A stretch of DNA of 64,000 bases from Octopus vulgaris (GCA_951406725.2 OX597814.1:14074001-14138000), one strand, 5' to 3'; shown: positions 1 through 14,760, numbered from the stretch's first letter. A program made the numbers and translations. The notes: generated by a model not told the origin, from the sequence alone.

Positions 1-678
1 GTGCGAGAATTTACGGTGTCAGATTAAACCATTTTTTGTATATATCCGCCTTGTTATTGTTTTGGATCATCTTCCAAAAGGTGCACTTTCCTACCTCTGA
101 GTGATTCGTTCCAGTGTGGTACTATGTGGTGTTTCTTTTGCTATGTTGTTAGTGTATTGATCCCATATGCTGCCTCGTTCGGAGGTCTTTGGTTAGCGTT
201 CTTTGAGAAAATATTCTAACTGTTTCGCATAAGTTTCCAAGGTTTTCGACGATTTCGGAGGTTATATTTTTCCTATCGATTGGGTTCATGTGTCGAGTCA
301 AGTTTGTTAAAGTAACGTTAACAGATTTGTGTTGATTGTCTTGAGTTCTTCCATATTTCTTCATTTATAGTAGTGATTGTGTTTGTTTTTATCGGCATTT
401 TCTGTATCTCGAGTGGGGATTACTCTGTCTCTCTCTCTCAACAGAAAATAAAGGAAAATGTCCATTGCATTTAAAAAATTGGGAAATATTTTTTTAAATC
501 ATTTCATTTAATTTTTCCACAATTTAATTGCTTTTGATGTTTACTCTAAGTTGAGAATGTTGCACAGACTGAAACCTGTACTAAAGTGTTCTTCATGATA
601 ACACTATTTGAGCATTTTCTACCTTGTCATATTTTCCTTATACATATCAACTTGTGTGTTCCTTTTTAACCTTCTACG

Positions 679-681
<3 letters not shown>

Positions 682-772
<91 letters not shown>

Positions 773-773
773 T
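682..773. repeat. (CA)n/(TA)n compound microsatellite
   Basis: Direct reading of the sequence. Confidence 0.95.
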
Positions 774-828
774 GTTTGAAAAAATCGGAGTTAACAAGAC
801 GGGATACGGATCGACATGTATTTGTTAA

Positions 829-867
829 TCCTTACAATTGTTTCTACGCTAAGTAGTTCTCCGGGAG
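829..867 (-). ncRNA. Degenerate hammerhead-ribozyme-like motif
   Basis: Minus strand reads tcc-CCGGAGA-actacttagcgta-GAA-ACAATTGT-A-agga. Helix III is palindromic and followed by a GUA site, but the CUGANGA core is mutated. Confidence 0.35.
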
Positions 868-1029
868 TGCAGGTACCTGATTATGCAACTATTTCCCTGT
901 ATTATGAGGTCTAGTTGTGTTTTCTCATGCGATATGTAAATATTGTGTCCGTCAGTCTGAAATCCTCCACTTCAAGAATATCCCTTCTGTCTAGCGTGAC
1001 CTGAATTTAGTAGTAGTCACTACTAAATA

Positions 1030-1857
1030 TACACGGTGGGCGAAAAGTATATAGGCATTACAAATTCGTAATAAAATTCATATTCTTTTTACTAATTTAT
1101 TGTAAGAAATGAGGCATGTTTTTTATTACACGGGAAGATGAAAGTAAATCGTCATATTTCAGCGTAAGAACCGGCCAGGGTGGAATGAACAACGTTCTGA
1201 AGAACGTCGTTTGGGATAACATTTAGAACCTCATGAATGCGTGTCTCCAAGTCCTCCAGTGTGCGAGATGTTGCCTTCTACTCCATTTCTGGGTAACCGC
1301 ACAGGTAATCATTACGTGGAGTGAGAACTTGACTTCTGGACTTCTGCGGTCACAGTTTTTAAGTTTTAGATCCTGCATGTAATGGGGTTTTCACGGATGA
1401 AAATTCAATTCTTAAGGCAACAACGTACGTATTGGATCTCTTGTTAGTCCACTTTCGCGACCTGCTTCACGCTTTGATTTTCACAGGCTGTGATTAAATA
1501 TTTTCTGCACTGTTGCCAAGTTCTCCGCTGATCGAGATGTGGTTCGACGGCCACTACTTCTTCCATCGTTCACTCCCGACGTAGTGTTGCATGATTACCT
1601 TTCCATGTACACCACCCTACCACCCTCTCTAAACCCCAAAAATGGATTTCCACACTTCATAGCGCAATGCTATCTTAACTTGCTGGTTAACAGTCAAGTG
1701 TCCGGAAATCTGGAAAATAAGAAGTAAGAAATAACACTATAAGAAAATATAAAATCCCCATTAGTGATGTCTGTAAAATGATTTTGTTTTGACTTCAGTG
1801 ATACTAAAAATTCTATAAGCAATTTCTAATGCCTAGTTAATTTCCACTCACTCTGTA
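1030..1857 (-). mobile_element. Decayed Tc1/mariner-superfamily DNA transposon, internally deleted
   Basis: Imperfect TIRs: TA-cacggtgggcgaaaagtatataggcattacaaatt and, reverse-complemented, TA-cagagtgagtggaaattaactaggcattagaaatt. The minus-strand remnant RSQVLTPRNDYLCGY near 1295-1340 resembles the RSPDLTPxDFFLWGY motif. Confidence 0.7.
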
Positions 1858-2139
1858 TATATATATAAATATTTAAAAGACGTTTTGCGTAATAAGATAA
1901 AAAAAACTAAGGCTGTGCAGATATTAGATATTCTTATATACACACACTGATATAGAACCAACGTTGAACCCCTTTATTCGCAAAATTACCGAATCTGGAA
2001 CTTAACTATGTTCTGTCTATAGTACTTATTCAGCATTACCTGACACCTTTGGATAATAAATAAATAAATAATTTTTTTTTTTAATTTAAAAATAAATAAA
2101 TTAATTAATTAATAAACAAAATAATATATAAATATAAAA

Positions 2140-2180
<41 letters not shown>

Positions 2181-2313
2181 CATATTTAAAATTTATAAGT
2201 TCAAATTATTTTAATAATTTTTTAATTTTTAACTTTTATACTTTTAAATTAATTTTATGTATTGGCTTATGTTTTTCACTGTTTGATTTGCCTAATAGTG
2301 GTTTTATCTCTAA

Positions 2314-2357
<44 letters not shown>

Positions 2358-2579
2358 CTTATATGTATATATATATCAATGTGATTTCATATTGATGAGG
2401 TATTATGCACTTACATATTTTTAGGTTTGTGGCATATTATTTATGTTTTACCGATATTTTAATAAGGTGTACCTGAATTCAAACTATGTATTTCGTCTGA
2501 GTTGTGTATGCATGATTTGTATGTTTTTACTTCCTGAAGTGATAACAAGCAAAAACAGACTGTATGCATGAACGTAGCA

Positions 2580-2784
2580 TACGCAGAAGTGCTGAAAATT
2601 TCCTGGTTTTAAGTGTGCCGGAAAAGGCATTGTTGGAGGCCCAAATATCGATTTCTTTTACAGAAGGACAACTGCAATAAGGGTATGAATCTTAAAGGGG
2701 ACTATGTTGAATAAAACTATAATTAACTGAATCACTTGTAATTTCTTTTAACCAAATTCATGAATTTTTCAGCATCTTTTGCAT
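2580..2784 (+). mobile_element. Mariner-derived MITE-like deletion derivative
   Basis: Imperfect TIRs (gtgctgaaaatttcctgg / tcatgaatttttcagcat). It retains a mariner-type C-terminus NLKGDYVE* (aatcttaaaggggactatgttgaataa). Confidence 0.55.
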
Positions 2785-3636
2785 GCTTGTTATATATGCT
2801 TCTCTGTAAAAATACACGTGAATAAAGTAGTCCTTAATATTTGTGAAACTTTCCTGCAGGCGTTTAATTGCATAACTATTACCAATGCATAATTTTCTAT
2901 GACCAACAAAAAGTTTCGAAGATATTCCTTCTGAGTTACGGGCATGAAGTGATAACACCATGTGACCAGTTGTATTGCGCGAGATCGCATGCTGATCAGA
3001 GTAAACATTTTGTCTTTAGAATGACGAAATGCAGAACATGAAATTTTCTTCATCACAGGTATCATGCTCAATAGAACATATTTCTCTTAAATAGCTTTTG
3101 TGGGCTGCAGAGTAATTTAAAAGCACAAAGCTTTATAGAAAATAAAACATGCAAATAATTAACCAAATGTAAATAACCTATTAAGAAATCCCATAGAAAT
3201 CAAGAAATATTTAAATTCGAATGTGTACACTATAAAATGTATACAAATATAATTATATACTGCAGATACTATAACTTCCCATACATTAAATCTTTTAAGT
3301 CTATTGTGTAAACGTAAATCACTTCTTGTGTATATATAGAGAAGTAAGCAAATTGTATACAAACAATTATTCCATGGAAATGTAGATTCAAACTCTTTCC
3401 TTTTGTTTCAATGCTAATAAAAAGTTCGAGGTCTCACTGCTGAATTTGAAAAATAATTTAAGCAGAGAACAGAGTTATGTATATGCTTGCTGATTTAAGT
3501 ACGTTATGGTTTTGTATGCATAATAAAAAGTGATAAAATAAATATATATAAACACAAATCAAGGCATACACACATATATACTCGTGCATGTGTGCATACA
3601 TATATGTATATATATGTGTGTGTGTGTTGTGTGTGA

Positions 3637-4125
3637 GTACTCCACTTAAAGCAATATTTATTTAAACGATTGACTGAAAAATGATGAGCTAACGCAAGCA
3701 AGAATCGAACCCACTAATCAACGCTTATATGGCTCCTAGTACATCAGATTGGGCCAACAGGTTCCTCCATCAAATTCAGAGAAATTAAAGAAAAATATGC
3801 ATAACTCTCTAATACTACATATAACAGTGTAAAGAAACCCAGAGGCTTTGTAACTTATGGAGAAAGAGCAACTATGAATGTATTTTATACAATAATAACT
3901 ATATAATAATATACTATGATAATAATGATATATATATACTTCGATCTAAAGCAAGACTTATCTCAACTATTGACTGAAAATTGAAAAATGGTGAGCTAAC
4001 ACAAGCCGGATCTAACCCACATATCAACGCTTACACGACCCCTTGCGCATCTGATTGGGCCAACAGGCTCACGCATAAACTTTAGTCAAGTTATATGTAT
4101 AGATACATAATTGTCTAATAATATA
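3637..4125 (-). repeat. Diverged ~300-bp tandem duplication containing a tRNA-like (Pol III A/B box) segment
   Basis: 3637-3820 aligns to 3937-4125 (ttgactgaaaa...gagctaac.caagc...atcaacgctta...gattgggccaacagg). The minus strand has tggcccaatc (A-box-like) and gggttcgattc (B-box-like). Confidence 0.65.
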
Positions 4126-4160
4126 TATGCTATTTGTAAAAGCCTATTCCAATTAATATA

Positions 4161-4707
<547 letters not shown>

Positions 4708-4935
4708 TTTACATTCAAAAGCAAATCATAACTTCTTATGTTCACACATACAAATTCACTCCTTATCCGAAACCTCTTGTTAGTCTAGTGGAATATTTAT
4801 CACCCTCTTCCTTCACCCTGATTAAAATTATCCACACTGAATTTTTAATCTTGGATCCCCAACACACACCGCCGCCACAGCACAGTTCCAAACTCAAGTA
4901 ATACATGATTAACACCTTTCTTTCTAATTCCGTTA

Positions 4936-4984
<49 letters not shown>

Positions 4985-5031
4985 ACGTATGTGTGTTTGT
5001 GTATGTATGAATATATATATATATATTTATA

Positions 5032-6135
5032 TACAGTGTACCCCCGCTTACTCGCAGTTCCGCATTCGCGGTCCTGGTTATACACAGAAACCACCGCATT
5101 TTCACGGAATCGTAAATATCGTCCGGAATTTTATATGACTTCTTTCATGGCAATCTCTCTCTCTTTCCCTCTCTCTCTCTCTTTGCCTCCTTTCTCTCTT
5201 TCTCTCTCTTTTTATTGTCATTATTATAGCATAGATTACTGATCTAGTGGTACTACAAACTAAATTTTTCAAAACCATTATTGTTTTTAATCTCTGCTCA
5301 ATCTCCCAGTGGTGGTATGCATATATTAGAACATATCTTGAGTGTTTTATTGAGTGTTGTGATTTTCGCAGCATGTTATTAAAGCCTTAAGATGGCACCC
5401 AAACGCCCTACACATTCTAAAGCTTCTAGCACTGAAGCTAAGCTCCAGAAAATAGGTTATGATGTTCCATGAGAAAGTATAACTGATAGATATGCTCCAA
5501 GAAAGTAAACGCTATGCTGCAGTAGGTCATTGTTATGGCTGTCAATGAAATCATTATACGTTACTTAAAGTAGAAAGAGGTATCTATCAGGTCTACCGTA
5601 GTAGTAAGTTTCTGTGAGAGTGCCAAAACAACAATGTGAAATAAGCACTTGGTCAGGATAGAATCTACCTTGACACTGTGGATCACTAACTGCAAGAAGA
5701 AAAACATTTCCTTGAGGGGTAAAATCATTCGCGAGAAAGCGCGGAAATTATACCAGCATTTCTACAGAGGAGACGAAGCAGAGAGCTGAAGGCATCGACG
5801 AACCGCAACCAAGACCATTGACAGCACCGAAGTCCAAAGATTTTCAAGCCAGCAAGGAATAGTTTGAACATTTCCAGAAACGTTTGAAAATATAGTGCCT
5901 TCCTGCATGGAGACAACATCAGCCGACAGAAAAGTCGCTGAGAAGTACCTTGAGACCTTCAGGCAGATCATCAAGGACATGGGATACAAGCCGGAACAGT
6001 TTTCCAATATGGACGAGACTAACTTCTGGAAGGAGATGCCTTCCAGAACGTACTTCAAGAAGGACAAAGACAGAGCTCCACGATTTTAGGCACACAAGGA
6101 CAGAGTGACTCTAATTATGTGTGGCAATGCTGCTG
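5032..6135 (+). mobile_element. Tigger/pogo-like DNA transposon, 5' half, pseudogenised TIGD1-like transposase
   Basis: TA-CAGTGTACCCCCGCTTACTCGC left TIR. Broken ORF from 5392: MAPKRPT..., FQASKE.FEHFQKR (CENP-B-type HTH), GYKPEQFSNMDETNFWKEMPSRTY...AHKDRVTLIMCGNAA (first D of the catalytic domain). Confidence 0.85.
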
Positions 6136-7253
6136 AGATCAAGTTAGAGTAAACCTCTGAAACCTTAGGAGCTGATCCTTAAGGAAGTCTGATTTCATAT
6201 TTTACTTTTGTCTCCTATATTCAGACATATGTAGATATATGATGAATGAAAACAAACTAGTTAAATTCGACTTTCGTCTCCTATATTAAGAAACAAGTAG
6301 TGATATGAAACGAATATGAGCTGGTTATATATGATCGATACATAAACTATTGCTAGTTATCCCTAAAGTCTAACATTCTTGTTATATTTCGTAGCCACTC
6401 AAAAGTGAAATGGTCAGAATGTTTAGAAAGCTCATCAGAAGCAGTTTATTGATACTGTCTATTCTTCTATGTTGTTGTTCGAAATAAACTGACGAACCAA
6501 ATACGTCCGACCACATGGTTAAAGCATTAACATCCTTTTTTCAACAGAAAACTAGAATATCTTTGGGTCACATTGCGCAGATAGAGTTTAACTGTTGATG
6601 TAAAAAAAAAACGCACTATCCATTGTCCTTTTACGTTTTGGTATTTTGCAATGAACCCATAGTTTTCAAAGAACCCGGAAACATTCTAATTTCAAAATTG
6701 TGTTGAACAATTCGAGATGTAAAACAAAATATTTTGCGTACATGGTTATCAGAAAGAACATTAATGTAATATATGTTTTTCTATTAAAATTTTGATATGT
6801 AATAGATACTGAAGCGGTAGATTTGCAGACCTCACTACATTCTTAATATAAATTTCATTATGATGAGCTTTGTGTTTCATCTGCATGGAGTCCATAAATA
6901 AATTATTCCCCAATGTCTGAAGTAAGACAACTTTTAGATCATTGGACAGAAATACTTGAGATATCACGTGTGGCTCTTTCTACTAACAATGAAATGACAC
7001 TGAGACCAATCTCTATTGTCCATTCATATTCCTTGGTATAATTTTCGGTAGCGTACTAATGGGCGACAATCTGTCATAAGAAAAAGACCTAAGCTGATAT
7101 CATCTTGAGCAAGAATTTTCAAGAAAAGATCATATTCTTACTAGAAATAAAAATGTATAATTTTAGATTCGAAAGTAGTTCTGTTTGTAAAAGTATATAG
7201 ACCTTAGAATTTCGTAGTATTTAACGTTCAGAAAAAAATTGAATTTCTTTTTA

Positions 7254-7298
<45 letters not shown>

Positions 7299-7300
<2 letters not shown>

Positions 7301-7631
7301 GTAAAGACCCCCTTCGGTCATGAATGACCATGGGATTGCACCTAGAAAGTTACCCTCCTAGACACAAGTCCGGGCAAGGTTGTTTATGGAAGACCAGCAG
7401 TCGCCCATGCATACCAGCCTCCCTCTCCACGCCACCAGTGTTATCCAAGGGAAAGACAAAGGTCGATACAGCTTGGCACCAGTGACGTCGCAACTCATTT
7501 CTACAGCTGAGTGAACTGGAGCAACGTGAAATAAAGTGCCTTGCTCAAGAACACAACACGCAGCCCGGTCCGGGATTCGAGTTCACAACATCACGATCGT
7601 AAGCTCGACGTTCTAACCACTGAGCCATGCG
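7299..7631 (-). mobile_element. tRNA-derived SINE (head C + tail 3)
   Basis: Minus strand cgcatggctcagtggttagaacg...gttgtgaactcgaatccc (A and B boxes). The central cttgagcaaggcactttatttcacgttgctccag is shared with 27159-27475. It sits between (TA)n tracts. Confidence 0.85.
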
Positions 7632-7690
<59 letters not shown>

Positions 7691-7711
7691 TGTGTGCGTG
7701 TGTGTGTGTGT

Positions 7712-8025
7712 TCTTTTAGTTGTATCAGTCATTTGACTGTGGCCATGCTGGAGTACTACCTTTAGTCGAACAAGTAGACCTCAGGACTTATTCTTTGTAA
7801 GCCTAGTACTTATTCTATCGGTATCTTTTCCCAAACCGCTAAGTTGCGAGGACGTAAAGAAACCAGCATCGGTTGTCAAATGATGATGAGGGGGACAAAC
7901 ACACACACACGTATATGACGGTCTTCTTTCATGTTGCGTCTACCAAATCCGCTCACAAGGCTTTAGTCACTTGCCCAAGATGACACGCTGTAGGACTGAG
8001 CCCGGAACGATTTGGTTTGTAAGTA
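7712..8025 (-). mobile_element. tRNA-derived SINE family A, partial
   Basis: Homologous to 19402, 29211, 35719 and 50061 (cagtcatttgactg.ggccatgctggag; acttattctatcggt; acttgcccaag). Confidence 0.85.
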
Positions 8026-8032
8026 TATATAC

Positions 8033-8084
<52 letters not shown>

Positions 8085-8095
8085 GTGTGTGTATG

Positions 8096-8142
<47 letters not shown>

Positions 8143-9847
8143 TTTATAGAGACAAATACATACAATGTGATGTTTGTAATGAGTTTGCTTTCCCACCATC
8201 GAATGATTTTTACGATGCTGCGGGGTAACTATTTCCAAGACATTAGCTACCTTGAACCAACTGGTCTTGTGGGTAAACATTTTATGATCAAATATTTACT
8301 ATGTGCCTTACAGTTGCAAATGGTTAATAGTTTTATTCTTTGTAAAAGTCAATATTTCTATATCACTTGTACGTAGTTATATGCAATTAGGTTTCAGCTA
8401 TTCGGAAACGAAATTTCGCAATGTATGTGTATAGATAGTATAAGTATATATTTTTTTCTGTCTATGAACCTTCGTTTATGTTTTGGGGTTTTCGCATTCG
8501 TACCTAAATTAAGAATTTATGTACGCTTTGATATGATTTATATCCCTAGGCCAATATTTGGTGATTTTATGCGTAAAATCTATTAAATCTGGTAACCAGT
8601 TCTCGTCCAGGACTAGAATACGTAATGAGGTGTTCATTGCCAGGTAATTTGATTGATTTAACAGTAAATATCTTTTACATTGCATGTAGTTTCCAGTGAT
8701 CGGCAGTGGTGCAAAATATACTTCGCCAATACTCTTTGAATGAAAACAAAATCAATTCTATATGCTCCATATACACAATTCAGTTTTATAATGAACCAAT
8801 GATTTCTTCTTACTGTGAGTTTTTTTGTGCATTTATAGGAAATTAAATGTTTTCATTTCCTTATTTTTATTAACATAGAGTTTCACATCCTCGCTTCCTT
8901 TACTCCAGTCACTAATATTTGTTCATTTGCAAATAATTGATATATTTTTAATTATATTTAATTTCATTATATTTGAGTATTATTCGTATTTCATAATTAG
9001 CATGCACATTGTATATACCGTATTTCCATATTAGCTCAGGGACACAACGTTAGTTGTTGCTTCTTTTACAAGCTATCTGTTCACAATTATCAAATACATG
9101 TTTCACAATATCCTACTAGGAATTTCAGTTTTGTTTCTTGTCACACTCACGCGCACATACACGCGCATACACACGCACACACACGCGCGCGTACACACAC
9201 ACACACACATATATATATATGTATATATACCCGCGAGCATGTACACATGCTACACACGATATAAAAGTAAATTAACATGCGCAATACATTATTTAAGACT
9301 TGAATATACTTAACTTCGAAATGGCATGTTACTTTTCTGTAGGAGTCTCTCTTGACTATGAACGTATAACATAGAACAAATGTTATGACCTGTTACGTTT
9401 AAATGTACCACGTAGCCTCATGCTATTTGGTCGGCATGACCTGTAACTGAGAAGTTTAGTGCATTAAAACGCTCCAGGAGCAAATGATTGAATGAGGAGG
9501 AGAATTATATGAATAATGCCACCGAAAAAAGTAATTCTTTTCTAAAATAGTAATAAATTAACTTTATTAATTTCCATTATTTCTCCTTGAAGTAAATTAT
9601 ATGAATAAAATTAAACATATAGAATCAAATTAACTAAATGTTATATTTTGTACCGAAAAGCACGGTGAAGAAAGCATACCAATTACGCGTACACACATGG
9701 AATATATAAACACATACATACACACACACACGCATGTATGAAAACACATACACATACGCACACGCACAAACACATACACACTCAAACACACACACACAAA
9801 CACACACATACACACACACATATATATACACCTATAGCTAGCTAGCT

Positions 9848-10265
<418 letters not shown>

Positions 10266-11144
10266 AGACACACGCACGCATTCATATATATTTATATATG
10301 GGTGCGCTTATATCTATAGCTTTGTGCACATGTAAATATTTATTCAAATGTAAGTTATTTATAAACTCGGATGTTCGTGTGCGCTTGTGCGTGTAAGCCT
10401 ATGTGTATCCTTACTATATTTAGATATGTCAGTATTTGAATCTAGTATGAATGGAAGCGTGTTAATAATAAATGAATTAACAACACATTAAATAGTAGAT
10501 TCGTTCAGACTAAAGGATGCAGTGTTAAATACTGAACAAGAGGAAACTGTAGTTGATAAACTGTGTAATGAAGAAAAAGGTCAAAAGAAAAAAAATGGCG
10601 ACAGGAAGTTATCCGACTTTTATAAAGAACCAATACATAGATTTAAACGAAGAGAAGGAGATTTTGAAATTTAATGTGTTTATCTGGATGGGAGGAATCA
10701 GGACTAAATCAACTTATTAATGATGAATGAAGACAATGAAGAGTCTATGGTTGTCAAAGTCTTTCGACGCCAATGTTGGGTTCAGATGTTGATCAGATAA
10801 ACAGGTTGAGATGAAAGTCAAGTATTAATATACATTCGAAATTCTGTGTACATTGCTTCTGGGCTTTGGTGTCCGTCAGCTTAATGACTAACTTCAACTT
10901 TGTCTTTACGTTTAGCATAAAGGTCCCAATTCAAGTAAAGTTTGACTAACACATAATATTTGTCACTGAAGACTTCTAAATATAAACGTATTTGCTGTAT
11001 ATGTTTATGTAATTTCTTTCCATCTCAATATCTAATTTTCTTCCTTTTTTACTCACCTAACATATGCATACGTGTAAATGTGTTTGTGCTTGTGTTTGTC
11101 TTTGTATATATGTATGCATGTGTGCATGTATGTAAATATGTATT

Positions 11145-11232
11145 ATGTATGTATGTATGTATGTATGTATGTATGTATGTATGTATGTATGTATGTATGT
11201 ATGTATGTATGTATGTATGTGTGTATGTATGT
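11145..11232. repeat. (TATG)n microsatellite
   Basis: Direct reading. Confidence 0.95.
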
Positions 11233-11418
11233 ATTGTATTGTATTCTATTCTATTCTATATAAGAATGTGAGTTAGCAAAGCATGTTAGAGAAGATGTAT
11301 TGTATGAGAAAATATTATGAATATCAAAAGTAATTTGATGTTTTACGTTGTAATATACACGTACACACGTGTATATATGTTTATATGTGTATTCATATTT
11401 AAATATATATGTATATAC

Positions 11419-11450
<32 letters not shown>

Positions 11451-11480
11451 CAGAGTGAGAGAGCGAGACAAAGGTATAGG

Positions 11481-11514
<34 letters not shown>

Positions 11515-11564
11515 CATGCATGCATGCATTCTCACGTACATACATACATACATACATACATACA

Positions 11565-11598
<34 letters not shown>

Positions 11599-11600
11599 CA

Positions 11601-11885
11601 ATTCATATTCATAACAAAAATAATTGGAACACTAGGTTGTGTTAGTAAATGCTTAAAGGGGAATCTGGAGAAACTGGGATTTTCACAAAGAGAAATCGAC
11701 TGGCTTATTCGTACGTTACAAGGGCAATCTGTCAGAGGAACAGTAAAAATATGCAAGACGCTTCTCAATTTCCAAATGTGAATGTATCTGTGTTAACTAC
11801 ATCCCAGAGATGGACCCTTGTATCATTGTTGGAAACTGGCTTCCTCCTCAGTGGATGATTTATAATAATTAAAAAGTAGAAGAAC
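11601..11885 (+). mobile_element. 5'-truncated non-LTR retrotransposon 3' end, restriction-like endonuclease clade (R4/Dong/NeSL-like)
   Basis: Translation IIGTLGCVSKCLKGNLEKLGFSQREIDWLIRTLQGQSVRGTVKICKTLLNFQM* fits the C-terminal IxxGxLG...LxxL...LQ...GT pattern of REL-type LINEs. It is flanked by acatacatatataca at 11586-11600 and 11886-11900, next to a (CATA)n tract. Confidence 0.65.
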
Positions 11886-12381
11886 ACATACATATATACA
11901 TACACATATGTGTTTGCATGGAGGCAGATGATCACAATTAAATTTTAGCGATAAATATTCAGATTTTAGTCCTCTTAGTATGCCTGTGAATGTTAAATTT
12001 AGAGTAAAATTCTGACATAGTTATGGGTATCACGAGTATCTCAGTGAACAAACACTGTTTTTTTTTTAATTAATCAACTTCCACAATTGCTAGCTAGAGT
12101 ATAAGAAATTAATGTTTGCATGCTTACATGTAAACTAAAAAAAATGAAAATGAGTCATACGTTTCAAATGTTTACAAGTTATTTAAATTTTTCCCTAAAG
12201 AACAGAATATCTTGGTTGATTCACCCGCTGCACGTCGGTTATATTGGAGCACTGAATTCTACGCTTCAGGTCAATACGAACCCAGGTACATGCCCAAATT
12301 TAAACTCAGATCTGGAAACACACGCATACATACAGCCTCATACATATACATACACACACATACACACACACAAACACTCAT

Positions 12382-12763
12382 GGAAGCACTCCGTCGGTTA
12401 CGACGACGAGGGTTCCGGTTGATCCGAATCAACGAAACAGCCTGCTCGTGAAGTTAACGTGTAAGTGGCTGAGCACTCCACAGACACGTGTACCCTTAAC
12501 GTAGTTCTCGGGGATATTCAGCGTGACACAGAGAGTGACAAGACCGGCCCTTTGAAATACAGGTACAACAGAAACAGGAAGTAAGAGTGAGAGAAAGCTG
12601 TGGTGAAAAAGTACAGCAGGGATCACCACCATCCCCTGCCGGAGCCTCGTGGAGCTTTAGGTGTTTTCGCTCAATAAACACTCACAACGCCCGGTCTGGG
12701 AATCGAAACCGCGATCCTATGACCGCGAGTCCGCTGCCCTAACCACTGGGCCATTGCGCCTCC
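12382..12763 (-). mobile_element. tRNA-derived SINE (head B + tail 1), full length with TSD
   Basis: Minus strand ggaggcgcaatggcccagtggttagg...ggtttcgattccc. A 12-bp direct repeat ACAAACACTCAT lies at 12370-12381 and 12764-12775. Confidence 0.92.
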
Positions 12764-13328
12764 ACAAACACTCATACACATACACACACACAAATATGTA
12801 CACCCATACTCAACACACACATATTCAAATATCGGAATAGGACTATAATACAAGATTTAAAATTTTACCTGGCGTAACACTAATTATAGAACATTGGTAT
12901 AATGGTACTTGATAATTGTTATTATATATTAAGGAACACAATTTTATCATAACTTCCCCGTCTCATTTCCTTTAACAGTGTCATCATCAACTGATTTATT
13001 TTGATAGATGTTCTTTGGAATCTATTTTATCTCATACGATATTTATGTAGTACAATATTCTGTGTAATTTCATATGCGTGGAGTTTCGAAAATGCTTACG
13101 TTTTCTTTACTATGTCTAATACAACACCTGATCTGTCTTTTCATCAAGAAATTTACAAATGACCAAAATACAAACATGTTACGGTGAGAGTGTTGTTTCA
13201 CGCGATGATTTACAAAAGAAAAATGCATTTGGAGTCCCAAATTATTGGTACCATAAGTATTTGGAATATTTATTTCATATCTTCACAAATATTGTATTCT
13301 GTCCATGGATCTTATAACGTACTCGTTT

Positions 13329-13462
13329 ACTCCGCCGAGGTCGACTTTGCCTTTCATACATTCGGGGTCGATACATTAAGTACCAGTTGCGTACTGGGGT
13401 CGATTTAATCGATTGGCCTCCTCCCCCAAAATTTCGGGCCTTGTGCCTAGAGTAGAAAAGAA
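13329..13462 (+). mobile_element. SINE family D fragment (Meta/MESC-like central domain)
   Basis: ccgccgaggtcgactttgcctttcatacattcggggtcgatacattaagtaccag matches 41945-42005, with a different 3' tail. Confidence 0.8.
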
Positions 13463-14179
13463 TGTATTCCTTTACTGGGTTGGATACATCTCATTTGCAG
13501 AGAGCGCAACTTGCATGCTTTTAACTGCTTATTTTTATACAATTTTTCAGTAATCGTCTATTAAAATTAAGTTAAAAATTTGACGTTACATTCCATAGCT
13601 TTCCCATAATGTCGTAACCAGCACAATTATTCACAACCACTCCTAGTTTATTATTCTGTGATACATGTATATTTATGGACAGTCGTCGTTTAAATCTGAA
13701 GCATTTATTTATATAATATGGCACTATCTCTCCGGTCGGATTAATTGTCCGGACTAATCAATTCTTCCGCGCCATAAATCCCCATCTTCCATCCCAGTTT
13801 TCATATCCGTGATCTGATACACAGTGCATTCTATAAATTGATCAATATATGCTTTTCTTATGCTGATGATATACACACACCCATGGGTCGTTGGATATTT
13901 CATCTTTTTCTCTCTAATAGAGTCCTGCATGGCGTGTTCTTTCTCCAGTTACCAATGTGATCGTAGTAAGACTGCCATACAGTCACTGATTTGCAGAGTT
14001 TTGCAAAGAGAACTGCCAGAGGCATTCTCAAATTAAATGTAATATTCGGCATTCTGTACACATCCAGGAATAAAATCGTTATGACAATTGAATATGAAAC
14101 CGACCTACATTTACTGTAGTTCTAAATATCATGTATCCACCCGTCTTCTCTGGGCACTATTCGTAGGAGTGTCGTGATG

Positions 14180-14760
14180 GTAGATACCTCACTAACCTCC
14201 TTCATAAGACCTTATTAGAAGCAACGTCATTAGACTTTGTTACTGATTTCCTAAGCATAATCAACTGAGACTCTGAATGATATCCAAATACCTCGTTCTT
14301 GGTCTACTCCTGGGTCCCCTACTATTTGACTCGACTCGAAGAATCCACCTTATCACTCTTTCTGCGACATTGTAATCGCATGGCCATAAGACAAGAGTTG
14401 TGATTATTGAATGCAGTAAAGTAGCGGCTCAACACCAAAAGACTCGCGGACCACTGATCTAAGCACTCTGTTGAGTAACGATATTCCAGAGTTCCTTCAA
14501 AGGATTCTTTTCGCGGCCTTTTGTATAAGCGATCCTACTGGTTGGGTAATTTCACAATAATTATGACCATTAGTGAAAATAAATACAAAAAATATATTGA
14601 GGACAACGACCTCGACTCTTTTGCCAACCTTTCCTCTTCTGAAGATCGAGAACTCTAACATCACCTGCAATTGTAGAATCCAATGCGTTTCCCTGCCTTA
14701 AATCACTTGTGAATACAGCCTCAAGATGCTTAAAAACTCTCAACTCGTTTTGGCATAAGA
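14180..14760 (-). mobile_element. Decayed RTE-clade LINE 3' end
   Basis: Minus-strand remnants RVLRSVVRESFGVEPLLYCIQ*SQLLSYGH and GRPRTRYLDII resemble RTE C-terminal motifs (EPLL...QLRWFGH...GRPRxRWLD). Confidence 0.65.

Noticed and set aside
1-430. Minus-strand 71-aa ORF (149-364)
   Set aside because: No recognisable domain. It may be a decayed LINE ORF1 running off the window edge, but I cannot support a call.
540-590. Hammerhead-like gaaacctgtac with flanking actcta/taaagt
   Set aside because: The core and helix II are too degenerate to distinguish from chance.
2387-2490. TTGATGA-ggta...tacc-tgaa, a possible hammerhead with long helix II
   Set aside because: The GAAA and helix III side does not fit; AT-rich context.
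9090-9135. Minus-strand CTGAAAT...GAAACATGTA
   Set aside because: Two core mismatches, and helix II is not adjacent to GAAA.
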